DNA of 64,000 nt, taken from the NCBI GenBank assembly GCA_037044975.1, contig JBAOIL010000030.1, positions 204,802 to 268,801 on the forward strand. The letters run 5' to 3'. Under the pieces are notes generated by a model. The model was given only the letters and a program-made list of their open reading frames with translations, searched no databases and was not told the origin of the DNA. The DNA is from Verrucomicrobiota bacterium. Lineage in GTDB: Bacteria > Verrucomicrobiota > Verrucomicrobiia > Limisphaerales > JADLHS01. Shown here one piece after another: positions 8,795-20,222 of this stretch. How positions within the stretch are numbered: the first letter of the stretch is position 1; every line of letters begins with the position of its first letter. A program made the position numbers and the translations under genes.

Positions 8795-9571
8795 ATGAAA
8801 AACTCATTTGCCGTCGCGCAGCTTGTCATTCTCGAAATGTATCGACGCAAGGACTTTTACGTCCTGTACTTTCTCACCGTGCTCATCACGGGCCTGATGG
8901 GGTCGGTGAATTTCTTCAACGATCCCAAGGTCGCCCGTTACTTGAAGGAAATCTGCCTCGCGCTCATCTGGATTTGCGGGGCATTCATCGCCATCGCCAC
9001 CACCGCACGCCAGATTCCCGCCGAGCGCGAGAGCCGCACCATCTTTCCGTTGATGGCGAAGCCCATCACGCGTGGGCAGGTGTTGTTCGGCAAATTCCTC
9101 GGCTGCTGGGTGGCGACGTGTCTCTGCCTCGTGGCGTTCTATCTGTTCTTCGGAATCGTCGCGGCGGCCAAGGAACATGACTGGCCGGTGGGAATCTATT
9201 TTCAGGCGTGGTCACTGCATTGCGTGATGCTGGGCGTGGTCATCGGCATGACGCTGCTCGGTTCGCTCGTGCTGAGTTCCGTGGCCGCAAACATCACCTT
9301 GAGCGTCGTGATCACGGCAGGAATTCTTTTCGTCGGCAGGCATCTGAACAAAGTCGCCGCGCAAATGAGCGAAACGGCGGGCGCGATGGTGAGCGGACTT
9401 TACTACGCTATCCCGCACCTGGAGTTGTTTGACGTGCGCGATCTCATCGTCCACAACTGGCCGCTCATCGGCTGGAGCATCTGGGGCATCGCGGTGGTGT
9501 ATGCGTTGGTCTATGCGGGAATGCTGGTCCTCGCGTCCTGGCTCGTGTTTCGGAGGAAATCTTTCCAATGA
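8795..9571 (+). CDS. ABC-2 type transporter permease
   Basis: 258 aa, about 6 TM segments, directly after the ATPase (3-nt gap). No similarity to ZnuB-type permeases. Confidence 0.7.
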   Translation: MKNSFAVAQLVILEMYRRKDFYVLYFLTVLITGLMGSVNFFNDPKVARYLKEICLALIWICGAFIAIATTARQIPAERESRTIFPLMAKPITRGQVLFGKFLGCWVATCLCLVAFYLFFGIVAAAKEHDWPVGIYFQAWSLHCVMLGVVIGMTLLGSLVLSSVAANITLSVVITAGILFVGRHLNKVAAQMSETAGAMVSGLYYAIPHLELFDVRDLIVHNWPLIGWSIWGIAVVYALVYAGMLVLASWLVFRRKSFQ

Positions 9572-10458
9572 AAACGAATCGTGCGTTTGTTTTACTGGGG
9601 GTTTTGTTGCTCGTTGTTTGCACCGGACTGGCTGCATCACTGGATCGCTGGTTCATGGGCTGGCAGGGCAATCGGGCCAAGAACTTTAATCCGCTGAATG
9701 TTGCCATCGGGGACGGCCAGAAGATTTTTGCCGGACAGTTTTATCGCAAGGCCGACGTGTATTTCCACAGCGGCATGTATCCGAGCATCTTTGACAACAA
9801 CGCGTCGTTCAAGACCGCCCATATCGGTGAAGACGCGGGTGCGACGGGGAGCAAGAACCAAGGTGACGAGGCCAATTATCTCGGCAAGTCACACGACATC
9901 GTGGAACAGTTCAGTCGAAATTTTTTTCCCTCCCACCACACCCATCTTGATGAGGGCGGCGTGGCGGGCGAACTCGGCGATAAATCCGACGTGCGTGAGA
10001 TTTTGCCGTGGCTGAAAATCGCTCAAGAACTCGATCCCGAAGAACCGCTCACCTACACCGTCACGGCCTATTGGCTGCGCAGCCGGATGAACAAACCGCA
10101 CGAAGCCGAACGGCTGTTGCGCGAAGGTTTGAAGGCGTTACCTGATCATCCGGCGTTGCAGTTTGAATTGGGGCGGATCTACTTTGAGAATCAAAAAGAC
10201 TCCGCCCGCGCTCGCAACATCTGGGAACACGCGGTCAAGTCCTGGCAGAAGCAGGAAGGGGTTAAAGCCGATCCCGACACGTTCATTCTGGAACAAATTC
10301 TTACTCATCTGGCCAAGCTCGAAGAGGAAGCGGGCAACTTGCCCCTCGCGATCAGCTATTGGGAACAGGCAAAGGTTTACGCCCGCAAACCCGATGTCAT
10401 TCAGCAGCGCATTGACGAGCTCGCACCGAGGAAACTCGTCCCTAACGGCCCGCCATGA
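9568..10458 (+). CDS. Membrane-anchored TPR-like repeat protein
   Basis: N-terminal TM helix (AFVLLGVLLLVVCTGLAA). The C-terminal half has TPR-like helical repeats (AYWLRSRMNKPHEAERLLREGLKALPDHPALQFELGRIYFENQKD...). ATGA overlaps at both ends. Confidence 0.6.
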   Translation: MKTNRAFVLLGVLLLVVCTGLAASLDRWFMGWQGNRAKNFNPLNVAIGDGQKIFAGQFYRKADVYFHSGMYPSIFDNNASFKTAHIGEDAGATGSKNQGDEANYLGKSHDIVEQFSRNFFPSHHTHLDEGGVAGELGDKSDVREILPWLKIAQELDPEEPLTYTVTAYWLRSRMNKPHEAERLLREGLKALPDHPALQFELGRIYFENQKDSARARNIWEHAVKSWQKQEGVKADPDTFILEQILTHLAKLEEEAGNLPLAISYWEQAKVYARKPDVIQQRIDELAPRKLVPNGPP

Positions 10459-10982
10459 ACGAGGTGGAACAGCGTTTGGGGTGGGCGTTAACGGCTTGTA
10501 GTTGCGCGCGGGCACGCATGACGCCGGTGCGCCGAGCCATTCTTGCGTTTCTCGCCGCCCGCCGATTGCCAGCCAGTCTGGAAATGATCGGGCAAGCGGA
10601 TGGCGTTCGTGGTCAATGTGGCGCGACGACGGTCTATCGGACGTTGATGCTCTTCGAGGGCGCCGAAGTCGTGCGATTGGTCGGCAGTCCGCACAAGATC
10701 AGTTACTTCGTGCTCAATGTACCCGGCGCGAGCAATCATTTCCTGATCTGTAGGCGCTGTGGTTGTCTCGCCGAACTGGCGTTGCCACCTGTGATGGAAG
10801 AAGCGATCCATAACATCGGTGCTGCTCAAGGTTTTCCATCAACCCACCATGATTGTGAAGTTCACGGTTTTTGTTCGGCCTGCCAGAGCGTCCGCGTCGG
10901 GCAGGGAATGCCATCAAAACTGTCGAGTGGCCAGGCGGCCTGGCTGCGGTTGCGACCGCCAATGGATTGCGCTGGTTTGTAG
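10455..10982 (+). CDS. Fur family transcriptional regulator (Zur-like by context)
   Basis: Winged-helix segment TVYRTLMLFEGAEVV, CxxC pairs LICRRCGC and FCSAC, and His/Asp positions between them. The start overlaps the TPR gene stop (ATGA). Confidence 0.75.
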   Translation: MNEVEQRLGWALTACSCARARMTPVRRAILAFLAARRLPASLEMIGQADGVRGQCGATTVYRTLMLFEGAEVVRLVGSPHKISYFVLNVPGASNHFLICRRCGCLAELALPPVMEEAIHNIGAAQGFPSTHHDCEVHGFCSACQSVRVGQGMPSKLSSGQAAWLRLRPPMDCAGL

Positions 10983-11075
10983 TCGGGGTGAGGTCAGCAT
11001 GTTTCTGGGGTTCGGCACTCGACTTCCGGTTCCGACTGGACGCCAACCAGTGTTCCCTCAATCATAGTCGCGGGC

Positions 11076-11972
11076 ATGAATTCCACGATCGGATTGCTGA
11101 TCGCCTACTCGGCGGTCATATTGGTCGCCTCGCTGGCCGGGGGATGGTTGCCCATGCTCGTGCGCCTGACGCACACGCGCTTGCAAACCGCCATCAGCTT
11201 TGTCGCCGGTCTCATGCTCGGCATGGCGTTGCTGCACCTGGTTCCGCACGCCATCGAACAGTCCCATTCGGTTGACCGAACCGTGGCATGGGTGCTGGGT
11301 GGTTTTCTCCTGATGTTTTTCTTGCAACGGTTCTTCCACTTCCATCATCACGATTTGCCCGAGGACGATCCCGAAGACTGCTGTCACGACCATCCCGAGC
11401 CGCACCAGCATGACCATTCACACACACTGGCGGAAAAGTCCGCGCGGCAACTCTCGTGGGCGGGCACGGCCTTGGGCTTGTCATTGCATTCGCTGCTCGA
11501 CGGTCTGGCGCTCGCGGCGGCGGTGATGGCCGAGGCCCAAGGCCACATCGGTCTGGGAGGCTTTGGCACCGCGCTGGTCGTGATCCTGCACAAACCCTTT
11601 GATGCAATGGCAATTACCACGCTGATGACCGCCAGCGGCAAATCGCGTTCGTCGCGACAATGGCTAAATGCGTTGTTCGCCCTGGCCACCCCGCTTGGGG
11701 CGATTGTGTTTTCGCTTGGCGCAATTCATCTGACGGATTCGCACGCGGCGCTGCTCGGCGCCGCCCTGGCCTTTTGCGCCGGCAACTTTCTCTGCATCGC
11801 CTGCAGCGACCTGCTGCCGGAGTTGCAATTTCATTCGCACGACCGTTTCAAGCTCTCCATCGCCTTGCTGGCGGGTTTGTCCGTGGCGGTCTTCATTGGT
11901 GGTTTTGAAACCGCCGGTCACGAAAGTCACGTCCACGAACCGGTTGCGCCCGTGCTTCCCCAAACCAACTAA
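11076..11972 (+). CDS. ZIP family metal transporter (ZupT-like) with His-rich loop
   Basis: 8-TM layout, HLVPHAIE, a central HFHHHDLPEDDPEDCCHDHPEPHQHDHSH loop, LHSLLDGLALA and FLCIACSDLLPE, typical of ZIP/ZupT. Confidence 0.85.
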   Translation: MNSTIGLLIAYSAVILVASLAGGWLPMLVRLTHTRLQTAISFVAGLMLGMALLHLVPHAIEQSHSVDRTVAWVLGGFLLMFFLQRFFHFHHHDLPEDDPEDCCHDHPEPHQHDHSHTLAEKSARQLSWAGTALGLSLHSLLDGLALAAAVMAEAQGHIGLGGFGTALVVILHKPFDAMAITTLMTASGKSRSSRQWLNALFALATPLGAIVFSLGAIHLTDSHAALLGAALAFCAGNFLCIACSDLLPELQFHSHDRFKLSIALLAGLSVAVFIGGFETAGHESHVHEPVAPVLPQTN

Positions 11973-12070
11973 CCGTGGGGCCGGGTGCTGGAAGCGCGAT
12001 TTCCTGAAACTTAAGTTGGTCATTAAATATGATTAACAATCGCAGCACCCAAAATTTTTCAAAAAAACCT

Positions 12071-12086
12071 TGTGAATTATTTCACA
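12071..12086. promoter_or_regulatory. CRP/FNR-family consensus site TGTGA-N6-TCACA
   Basis: TGTGAATTATTTCACA is a perfect match to the classical half-sites with a 6-nt spacer. It sits in an AT-rich stretch about 80-95 nt upstream of the atpB ATG (12168). Confidence 0.5.
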
Positions 12087-12167
12087 GCGAGGCAATCTGC
12101 GCGTCCTTTCGCCACCCGGTTTGGCCGGCACACCTGCCCGCTGGTGCGACAAGGTTTCAGAATTTCA

Positions 12168-13154
12168 ATGCGATTGCTTAGAATCATTTTAGCGTCGGTT
12201 TTGTTGGTCGCGGCTCCGGCAATGCTCGTTCGGGCGGCAACGGCTTCCGCGGCGCAAGACGCGCAGGCCGTGGTTGCAGACGCAGAACACGTCGCGGGAC
12301 TCGCTGCTAAGGATGTCGAGCATGCGGCGGCGCACGCGGAACACAGCGAAGGTCTTCCCGCCGCTGCACCTCATATTCAAGTCGGGCCTTTTAGCGTTAC
12401 AAATTCCATGATCATGACCTGGATTGTTGCGCTGGGAATCATCGTTTTCGCGCAAGTCGCGATGCGAAACGTCCGGGCTGTGCCGCAGGGGGCACAGAAT
12501 TTTTGGGAGTGGTTGGTGGAGGGATTATATGGTTTTCTGGAAGATATTATTGGCCACGATCTGGTCAAAAAGACTTTCTGGTTCTTTGCCACGATTTTCA
12601 TTTTCATTCTGGCCACAAACTGGGCCGGTCTGATTCCCGGAGTCGGCACGATGGGGTGGGGCACACCGGATGGGGCTGGCGCGTTGCACCATATATCCCG
12701 CCCGCTGCTCCGTGGCGTGAATGCTGACCTGAACATGACGCTGGCGATGGCCATGATTTTCTTCGTGTGCTGGACGGTTTGGGCGATTCAAGCGAATGGG
12801 CCGGGTGGGTTCATCCTGCATCTCTTTGGTCCGAAAGGCGACACGACCGGCGCTTTGAAAGTATTGATGGTCTTTGTGTTCATCGTGGTCGGCGTTTTGG
12901 AAGTGGTTTCCATTGCCTTTCGTCCGGTATCGCTAAGCTTCCGTCTCTACGGGAATATTTTTGCCGGCGAAAACATGCTGGAATCCATGGCGATCATGGG
13001 TGGTCCGTGGTTTGGTTGGCTGCTGGCGCTGCCGTTTTACGCGATGGAGCTTTTGGTCGGGGTGGTTCAAGCGCTGGTGTTCATGCTGTTAACGGCGGTC
13101 TTCACGCTGCTGATATGCACGCATGAAGAAGGTCCCGAACACGCGCAGCATTAA
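12168..13154 (+). CDS. atpB: F0F1 ATP synthase subunit a
   Basis: C-terminal SLSFRLYGNIFAGE (essential Arg motif) and multi-TM layout. Track start 12072 (GTG) overlaps the CRP-like site, so ATG 12168 (MRLLRIILASV signal-like) is preferred. There is an unusual Ala/His-rich N-terminal extension. Confidence 0.9.
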   Translation: MRLLRIILASVLLVAAPAMLVRAATASAAQDAQAVVADAEHVAGLAAKDVEHAAAHAEHSEGLPAAAPHIQVGPFSVTNSMIMTWIVALGIIVFAQVAMRNVRAVPQGAQNFWEWLVEGLYGFLEDIIGHDLVKKTFWFFATIFIFILATNWAGLIPGVGTMGWGTPDGAGALHHISRPLLRGVNADLNMTLAMAMIFFVCWTVWAIQANGPGGFILHLFGPKGDTTGALKVLMVFVFIVVGVLEVVSIAFRPVSLSFRLYGNIFAGENMLESMAIMGGPWFGWLLALPFYAMELLVGVVQALVFMLLTAVFTLLICTHEEGPEHAQH

Positions 13155-13218
13155 ACAATTTCGCCGCTTTGACCGTGTTCACTCGCGGGGGGCGGCGGGA
13201 ACAACGAAAGGCAATAAA

Positions 13219-13407
13219 ATGACTGGTAGCATTCACGTTGGTCTCGCCTGTTTGGGCGCGGCCCTGGGCGTAGGATTCATTGGCATGAAGGCTTCGGAAG
13301 CGGTCGGGCGCAATCCCGGCGCGGCGACGAAGATTCTCGTTCAAGCCATTTTGAGCACCGCGTTCGCGGAAGGAATCGTGTTCTTTGCGATCTTCCTGGT
13401 GAAGTAA
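13219..13407 (+). CDS. atpE: F0F1 ATP synthase subunit c
   Basis: 62-aa hairpin protein GLACLGAALGVGFIG...GRNPGA...AFAEGIVFFAIFL with the ion-binding Glu. ATG at 13219 lies within track ORF 13123..13407. Confidence 0.9.
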   Translation: MTGSIHVGLACLGAALGVGFIGMKASEAVGRNPGAATKILVQAILSTAFAEGIVFFAIFLVK

Positions 13408-13460
13408 TCAATGGCGCGGGGTCGCAAGACTCCGCGCCAAACCAGACCTTTTCGATAGCT

Positions 13461-14009
13461 ATGCAATATCAAATTCTTTTTGCGGCGGGTGATCTGCTTG
13501 AGCTCGCCAAGAGCACCGGAGAGCAATTCGGCTTTCAAAAGCAGTTGTTTTTTTCGCAGGTGATCAGCTTTTGCGTCGTCTGCTTTCTCCTGCATCGCTT
13601 TGCTTACAAGCCGATTCTGAAAGTGCTCGAAGAGCGCCGCACGAAAATCGCGGAGAGTCTGGCCAATGCCGAGAAAATCAAGGCGGATCTGGCCAATGCG
13701 CAGGTCAAGGTCCAGGAGATTTTAACCCAAGCGGGCGCGCAGGGAAACAAGATGATTGAGGAAGCCCGCCAGTCGGCGGCCAAGGTTTTGGAAGTGGAAT
13801 CGCAGAAAGCCATTGCCACCGCGAATGACATTATCGCAAAAGCGCGACAGGCCAGCGAGGCGGAACTCGTCCGCATGAAGACGGAGTTGCGCAAGGAAGT
13901 CGGTCGCTTGGTCGTCAACACGACGGCGAAGGTGACGGGTAAAGTTTTGACCGCAGAAGATCAAGGGCGTCTGGCCGAAGAGACAAATCGCCAACTGGCC
14001 GCCAACTAA
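13461..14009 (+). CDS. atpF: F0F1 ATP synthase subunit b
   Basis: One N-terminal TM helix, then a long charged coiled coil (RRTKIAESLANAEKIKADLANAQ...), in operon position between c and delta. Confidence 0.85.
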   Translation: MQYQILFAAGDLLELAKSTGEQFGFQKQLFFSQVISFCVVCFLLHRFAYKPILKVLEERRTKIAESLANAEKIKADLANAQVKVQEILTQAGAQGNKMIEEARQSAAKVLEVESQKAIATANDIIAKARQASEAELVRMKTELRKEVGRLVVNTTAKVTGKVLTAEDQGRLAEETNRQLAAN

Positions 14010-14021
14010 CCGGATAGCGGA

Positions 14022-14414
14022 ATGAAGATCACCAAACAAGCCCGCCGTGACGCCAAGCAGTTGTTCAACACCTGCAAGGTCGGCGGCTCCTGGACGAGGC
14101 GCGGGTGCGCCAGGTGGTTGGGGTGGTGGTGGCGCAGAAACCGCGGGGATACGCCGGGATTTTGACCCACTTCCAGAGGTTGGTGAAGCTTGACCTTGGA
14201 ACGGCGCATGGCGCGGGTCGAGAGCGCGGTGCCAGCAAGCGAAGCGTTGCAGCAATCAGTCAAAGCGAGCCTTGCGCAACGTTATGGCGCGGGTCTAGCC
14301 GTGAGTTTTGTTGTGAACCCGGCATTGATTGGCGGACTGCGGGTGAAGGTGGGCAGCGATGTGTTTGACGGCAGCGTGCGCGCGCGGTTGAACGAGTTGG
14401 AAGCAAGTTTTTGA
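14022..14414 (+). pseudogene. atpH: F0F1 ATP synthase subunit delta, interrupted by two compensating 1-nt frame changes
   Basis: Frame 0: MKITKQARRDAKQLFNTCKVGG (ATG 14022). Frame 2: LLDEARVRQVVGVVVAQKPRGYAGILTHFQRLVKLDL (inside ORF 14105..14368). Frame 0 again: ERRMARVESAVPASEA...[11 protein letters not shown] (ORF 14190..14414). The switches are near 14086 and 14198. Frame 0 read straight through hits a TGA. Confidence 0.8.
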
Positions 14415-14439
14415 TCGGCAAACGGAATTGAAATTAGCT

Positions 14440-15972
14440 ATGAGCAATCTACTGCAGGAAATTGAAGCACAGATCAGCGGCGTGAAAACGTTGGTGAACA
14501 AGCAGAATGTTGGCATCGTGCGCGAATGCGCGGACGGCGTGGCCAAGATTGAGGGGCTTACTGACGCGATGCTCAATGAGATGCTTGATTTCGGCAACGG
14601 CATCACTGGCCTTGCCCTCAATCTCGAGGAAACCGAGGTTGGTGCGATCATCCTTGGCGATTATCTCGGCGTCCACGAAGGCCAGGAGGTCAAGACGACG
14701 GGCAAGTTGCTGTCGGTGCCCGTGGGCAAAGGCCTGCTCGGTCGCGTGGTGAACATGTTGGGCCAGCCGATTGATGGCAAAGGACCGATCAAGGAGGACG
14801 CGTTTTATCCGGTGGAAAAAATCGCACCCGGCATCATCAAGCGCAAATCCGTGAGCCAACCGGTGCAGACGGGGATCATGGCGATTGACGCGATGATCCC
14901 GATCGGTCGTGGTCAGCGGGAATTGATCATCGGCGACCGTGGAACCGGCAAGACAACCATCGGGGTGGACACGATGATCAATCAGGCGCGCATGAACAAA
15001 GTTGGTCGCGCGTCCGGGGACAAGAATTTCCGCCCGGTGTATAACATTTACGTTGCCATCGGCCAGAAGCAATCGAACGTGGCGCGGGTCATCGCGGAAC
15101 TCGAAAAAGCCGGAGCGATGGGTGACACCATTGTGGTCGCGGCGTCGGCGTCCGACTCCGCTGCGAACCAGTACATGGCGCCGTTTTCCGGGGCGGCCAT
15201 GGGAGAATGGTTCATGGATAACGGCATGGACGCGCTCATCATTTACGACGATTTGTCCAAGCAGGCGGTTGCGTATCGCCAGGTTTCCCTCGTCTTGAAG
15301 CGGCCGTCGGGTCGCGAAGCGTATCCCGGCGACGTATTCTATCTGCACAGCCGCCTGCTCGAACGCAGCGCGCGGGTTTCAGAAAAATACGGCAATGGTT
15401 CGCTCACGGCCCTTCCGATTGTAGAAACGCAGGCGGGCGACGTGTCGGCCTACATTCCGACGAACGTGATCTCGATCACGGACGGCCAGATTTATCTCGA
15501 AACCGATTTGTTCTATCAGGGCGTCCGGCCCGCTGTTTCTGTCGGTCTCTCCGTGAGCCGTGTCGGTTCCGCCGCCCAGATCAAGGCGATGAAGCAGGTG
15601 GCTGGTCGGATCAAGGGCGACCTGGCGCAGTTTCGCGAACTGGCGGCTTTCGCGCAGTTCGGTTCGGATCTCGATGCCAAGACCCAGGGAATTCTCGAAC
15701 GCGGCAAACGCGTCGTGGAGGTTTTCAAGCAGCCGCAGTTCAATCCGATTCCGGTCGAGTTGCAGGCCGCCGTTCTTTGGGCGGTGCAGAACAATTTCTT
15801 TGACGACGTGGCCGTGGAGAAGATCAAGGTTTGTCAGGACAAGATGACCGACTTCCTGAACACCCGGAAGGCTGACTTGTTGACAAAAATCCGAACCGAA
15901 AAAGCGATCAGCGAAGCGCTCGCTGCCGAATTGAAGGCGGCCATCACCGAATTCAAACAGACCTACCGCTAA
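14440..15972 (+). CDS. atpA: F0F1 ATP synthase subunit alpha
   Basis: Walker [25 protein letters not shown], and a full-length alpha pattern. ATG at 14440 (track start 14428 is TTG). Confidence 0.95.
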   Translation: MSNLLQEIEAQISGVKTLVNKQNVGIVRECADGVAKIEGLTDAMLNEMLDFGNGITGLALNLEETEVGAIILGDYLGVHEGQEVKTTGKLLSVPVGKGLLGRVVNMLGQPIDGKGPIKEDAFYPVEKIAPGIIKRKSVSQPVQTGIMAIDAMIPIGRGQRELIIGDRGTGKTTIGVDTMINQARMNKVGRASGDKNFRPVYNIYVAIGQKQSNVARVIAELEKAGAMGDTIVVAASASDSAANQYMAPFSGAAMGEWFMDNGMDALIIYDDLSKQAVAYRQVSLVLKRPSGREAYPGDVFYLHSRLLERSARVSEKYGNGSLTALPIVETQAGDVSAYIPTNVISITDGQIYLETDLFYQGVRPAVSVGLSVSRVGSAAQIKAMKQVAGRIKGDLAQFRELAAFAQFGSDLDAKTQGILERGKRVVEVFKQPQFNPIPVELQAAVLWAVQNNFFDDVAVEKIKVCQDKMTDFLNTRKADLLTKIRTEKAISEALAAELKAAITEFKQTYR

Positions 15973-15976
15973 GGCA

Positions 15977-18405
<2,429 letters not shown>

Positions 18406-18470
18406 CTGGGCTGCAAAGTGGCAACTCTTTCTGCCCCCTTGATGACTCGACTTGTTTAATCGCTTAGACC

Positions 18471-18878
18471 ATGGCCAACACGCTAAAACTGGAAATCGTC
18501 ACGCCGGAATCCAAGGTTTACTCCGAGGATGTGGATATGGTCACGTTGCCAGGCATTGAAGGCGAGATGGGCATCTTTCCGATGCACGTTCCGCTCATGA
18601 CACAACTTGTGTCCGGAGAAGTTGGTGTGCGCAAAAGTGGGCAGGATTTCTTCCTCGCGGTTGGTGATGGTTTTGTGGAAGTGACCGGCGAACGCGTTTC
18701 GATTTTGACCGACATGGCAGTCAAGGCCGAGAACATTGACGAAACCAAGGCTGAAGCAGACCGCCAGCGCGCGGAAGCCCGCCTCGCCGAAAAACTGGAC
18801 GACGAAGAAGTGGCGACGGTGAAAGCGGCGCTTGATCACTCGCTGGTGCAACTCAAGGTTAAGCGGCGACATCCGTAA
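18471..18878 (+). CDS. atpC: F0F1 ATP synthase subunit epsilon
   Basis: LKLEIVTPESKVYSEDVDMVTLPGIEGEMGIFPMHVPLMT, the typical epsilon beta-sandwich N-terminus, plus a helical C-terminus. Last gene of the operon. Confidence 0.9.
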   Translation: MANTLKLEIVTPESKVYSEDVDMVTLPGIEGEMGIFPMHVPLMTQLVSGEVGVRKSGQDFFLAVGDGFVEVTGERVSILTDMAVKAENIDETKAEADRQRAEARLAEKLDDEEVATVKAALDHSLVQLKVKRRHP

Positions 18879-18899
18879 CCGCTTTCACATTGAAAGCGG
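18879..18899. terminator. Perfect 9-bp stem hairpin between convergent atpC and recO
   Basis: CCGCTTTCA-cat-TGAAAGCGG begins 1 nt after the atpC stop. No clear U-tract on either side, so function is inferred from position only. Confidence 0.45.
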
Positions 18900-18917
18900 C
18901 CCGATAGCGAGAATGTG

Positions 18918-19545
18918 TCACGGTCGACCGTTTGGGATGCGTCCCAGGTGAAGAATCAGGAAACCGTGCAGGAAGTGCCTCAGTTCTTGGACCTGCGCTT
19001 TGCTTAATTTCAGCCGCGCCACTTCCGGCCAATCCCCCTTCGAAAACGCACTCAGAATTTGTCGCGTCCCTGGCGTGAGTTGGCTCTGCTTGAGATTTGG
19101 GGTCAGTCCAAGTTCGTGGAGCAGTTTGATTTCAAAGGCAAATAGCGTTTGCGGCTCTGGCGACTGTTTGGGCAGGTGGACCAGGAGGGCCTGCAGCAAA
19201 TCAAACACCGCGGGCAGAGGAGTTTCCGTTTCGGTGGTCTGCTCGACCAATTTCGAACAATACGCGGCCTGTTGCAGGTAACCAAGTCTCGTGGCGTAAC
19301 GCCGGGTGGGTCCCGCGGAGTTTGATTTCGCGAAGCGTATGGAGATTGGAGCGGCGACTGCGCTGGAAGGTGAAGTCGGCGGCGTAGAATAAATCGAGTT
19401 TTCCGGCGAACGTGGATTTGGGTCGCCGGGCGCCTTTGGCCACTGTGCTGATGCGTCCTAGATTGGGGGTGAGCCAGTTTACGATCAGGCTCGTCTCCGT
19501 GAGGGCGCGCGTGCGCAGGATAAGGCCGGTGGCAGCTTCCGTCAT
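18918..19545 (-). pseudogene. recO: DNA repair protein RecO, single frameshift near 19300
   Basis: The N-terminal OB-fold part is in ORF 19201..19545 (GLILRTRALTETSLIVNWLTPNLGRISTVAKGARRPKS...LHTLREIKL..HPALR). The C-terminal part is in ORF 18918..19250, which extends upstream as RRYATRLGYLQQAAYCSKLVEQ in the other frame. Confidence 0.8.
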
Positions 19546-19553
19546 CGGGGGGG

Positions 19554-20222
19554 TCAGGTTTTGCGTTGCGTGACGATAGGCGGCGTGTAGTCCGGCGATA
19601 CCGACCCAAGACTGATAATATATTTGATGCCCTCCGCCACCGACATGTCGAGCTTGGTCACCTTTTCCTCGGGAATCAGCACCAGAAAGCCGCTGGTGGG
19701 ATTGGGTGTGGTGGGGATGAAGACACAGACCACCTTTTCGTTCGTCTTCGTCTGAATTTCATCGTGCTTTTCGCTGGTGAGGAAGCCGATGGAATAAATT
19801 CCGGGACGCGGGAATTCGACGAGGACGACAGTTTTGAAGGAGGTTTTCTTGCCGCTGCTGAAAGCCTCGTTCACCTGCTTGATCATGCCGTAGATTTTGT
19901 TGAGCAGCGGCAGACGAAGCATGGCGGTGTCGAGCCATTCGATGAGGCGTTTGCCGATGTAGTAGCGCGTGAGTAATCCCGTCGCGCTGACCAGGACGAC
20001 CGCCAGGCCCAGGGCGGCCAGGCTCCAGTACCAATACATCGGCCCCTTGCCGGCCTCCGCGTGGGTAAGCCGGGTCGGCAGGAAAAACAGCAGCAGATCG
20101 GTTAGGCTCGCGATGGTGCCGAAGAGCCACTTGATGATGGCCAAGGTAATGACCGTGGGCAACAGCACCGCGAGACCGGTTAGGAAATTGCCGCGCCAAT
20201 GGCCGAGGAATTGATTATTCAC
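19554..20222 (-). CDS. DUF502 domain-containing membrane protein
   Basis: Two N-terminal TM helices, then SIGFLTS...VFIPTTPNPTSGFLVLIPEEKVTKLDMSVAEGIKYIISLG, as in the DUF502 family. Confidence 0.75.
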   Translation of the reverse strand: MNNQFLGHWRGNFLTGLAVLLPTVITLAIIKWLFGTIASLTDLLLFFLPTRLTHAEAGKGPMYWYWSLAALGLAVVLVSATGLLTRYYIGKRLIEWLDTAMLRLPLLNKIYGMIKQVNEAFSSGKKTSFKTVVLVEFPRPGIYSIGFLTSEKHDEIQTKTNEKVVCVFIPTTPNPTSGFLVLIPEEKVTKLDMSVAEGIKYIISLGSVSPDYTPPIVTQRKT

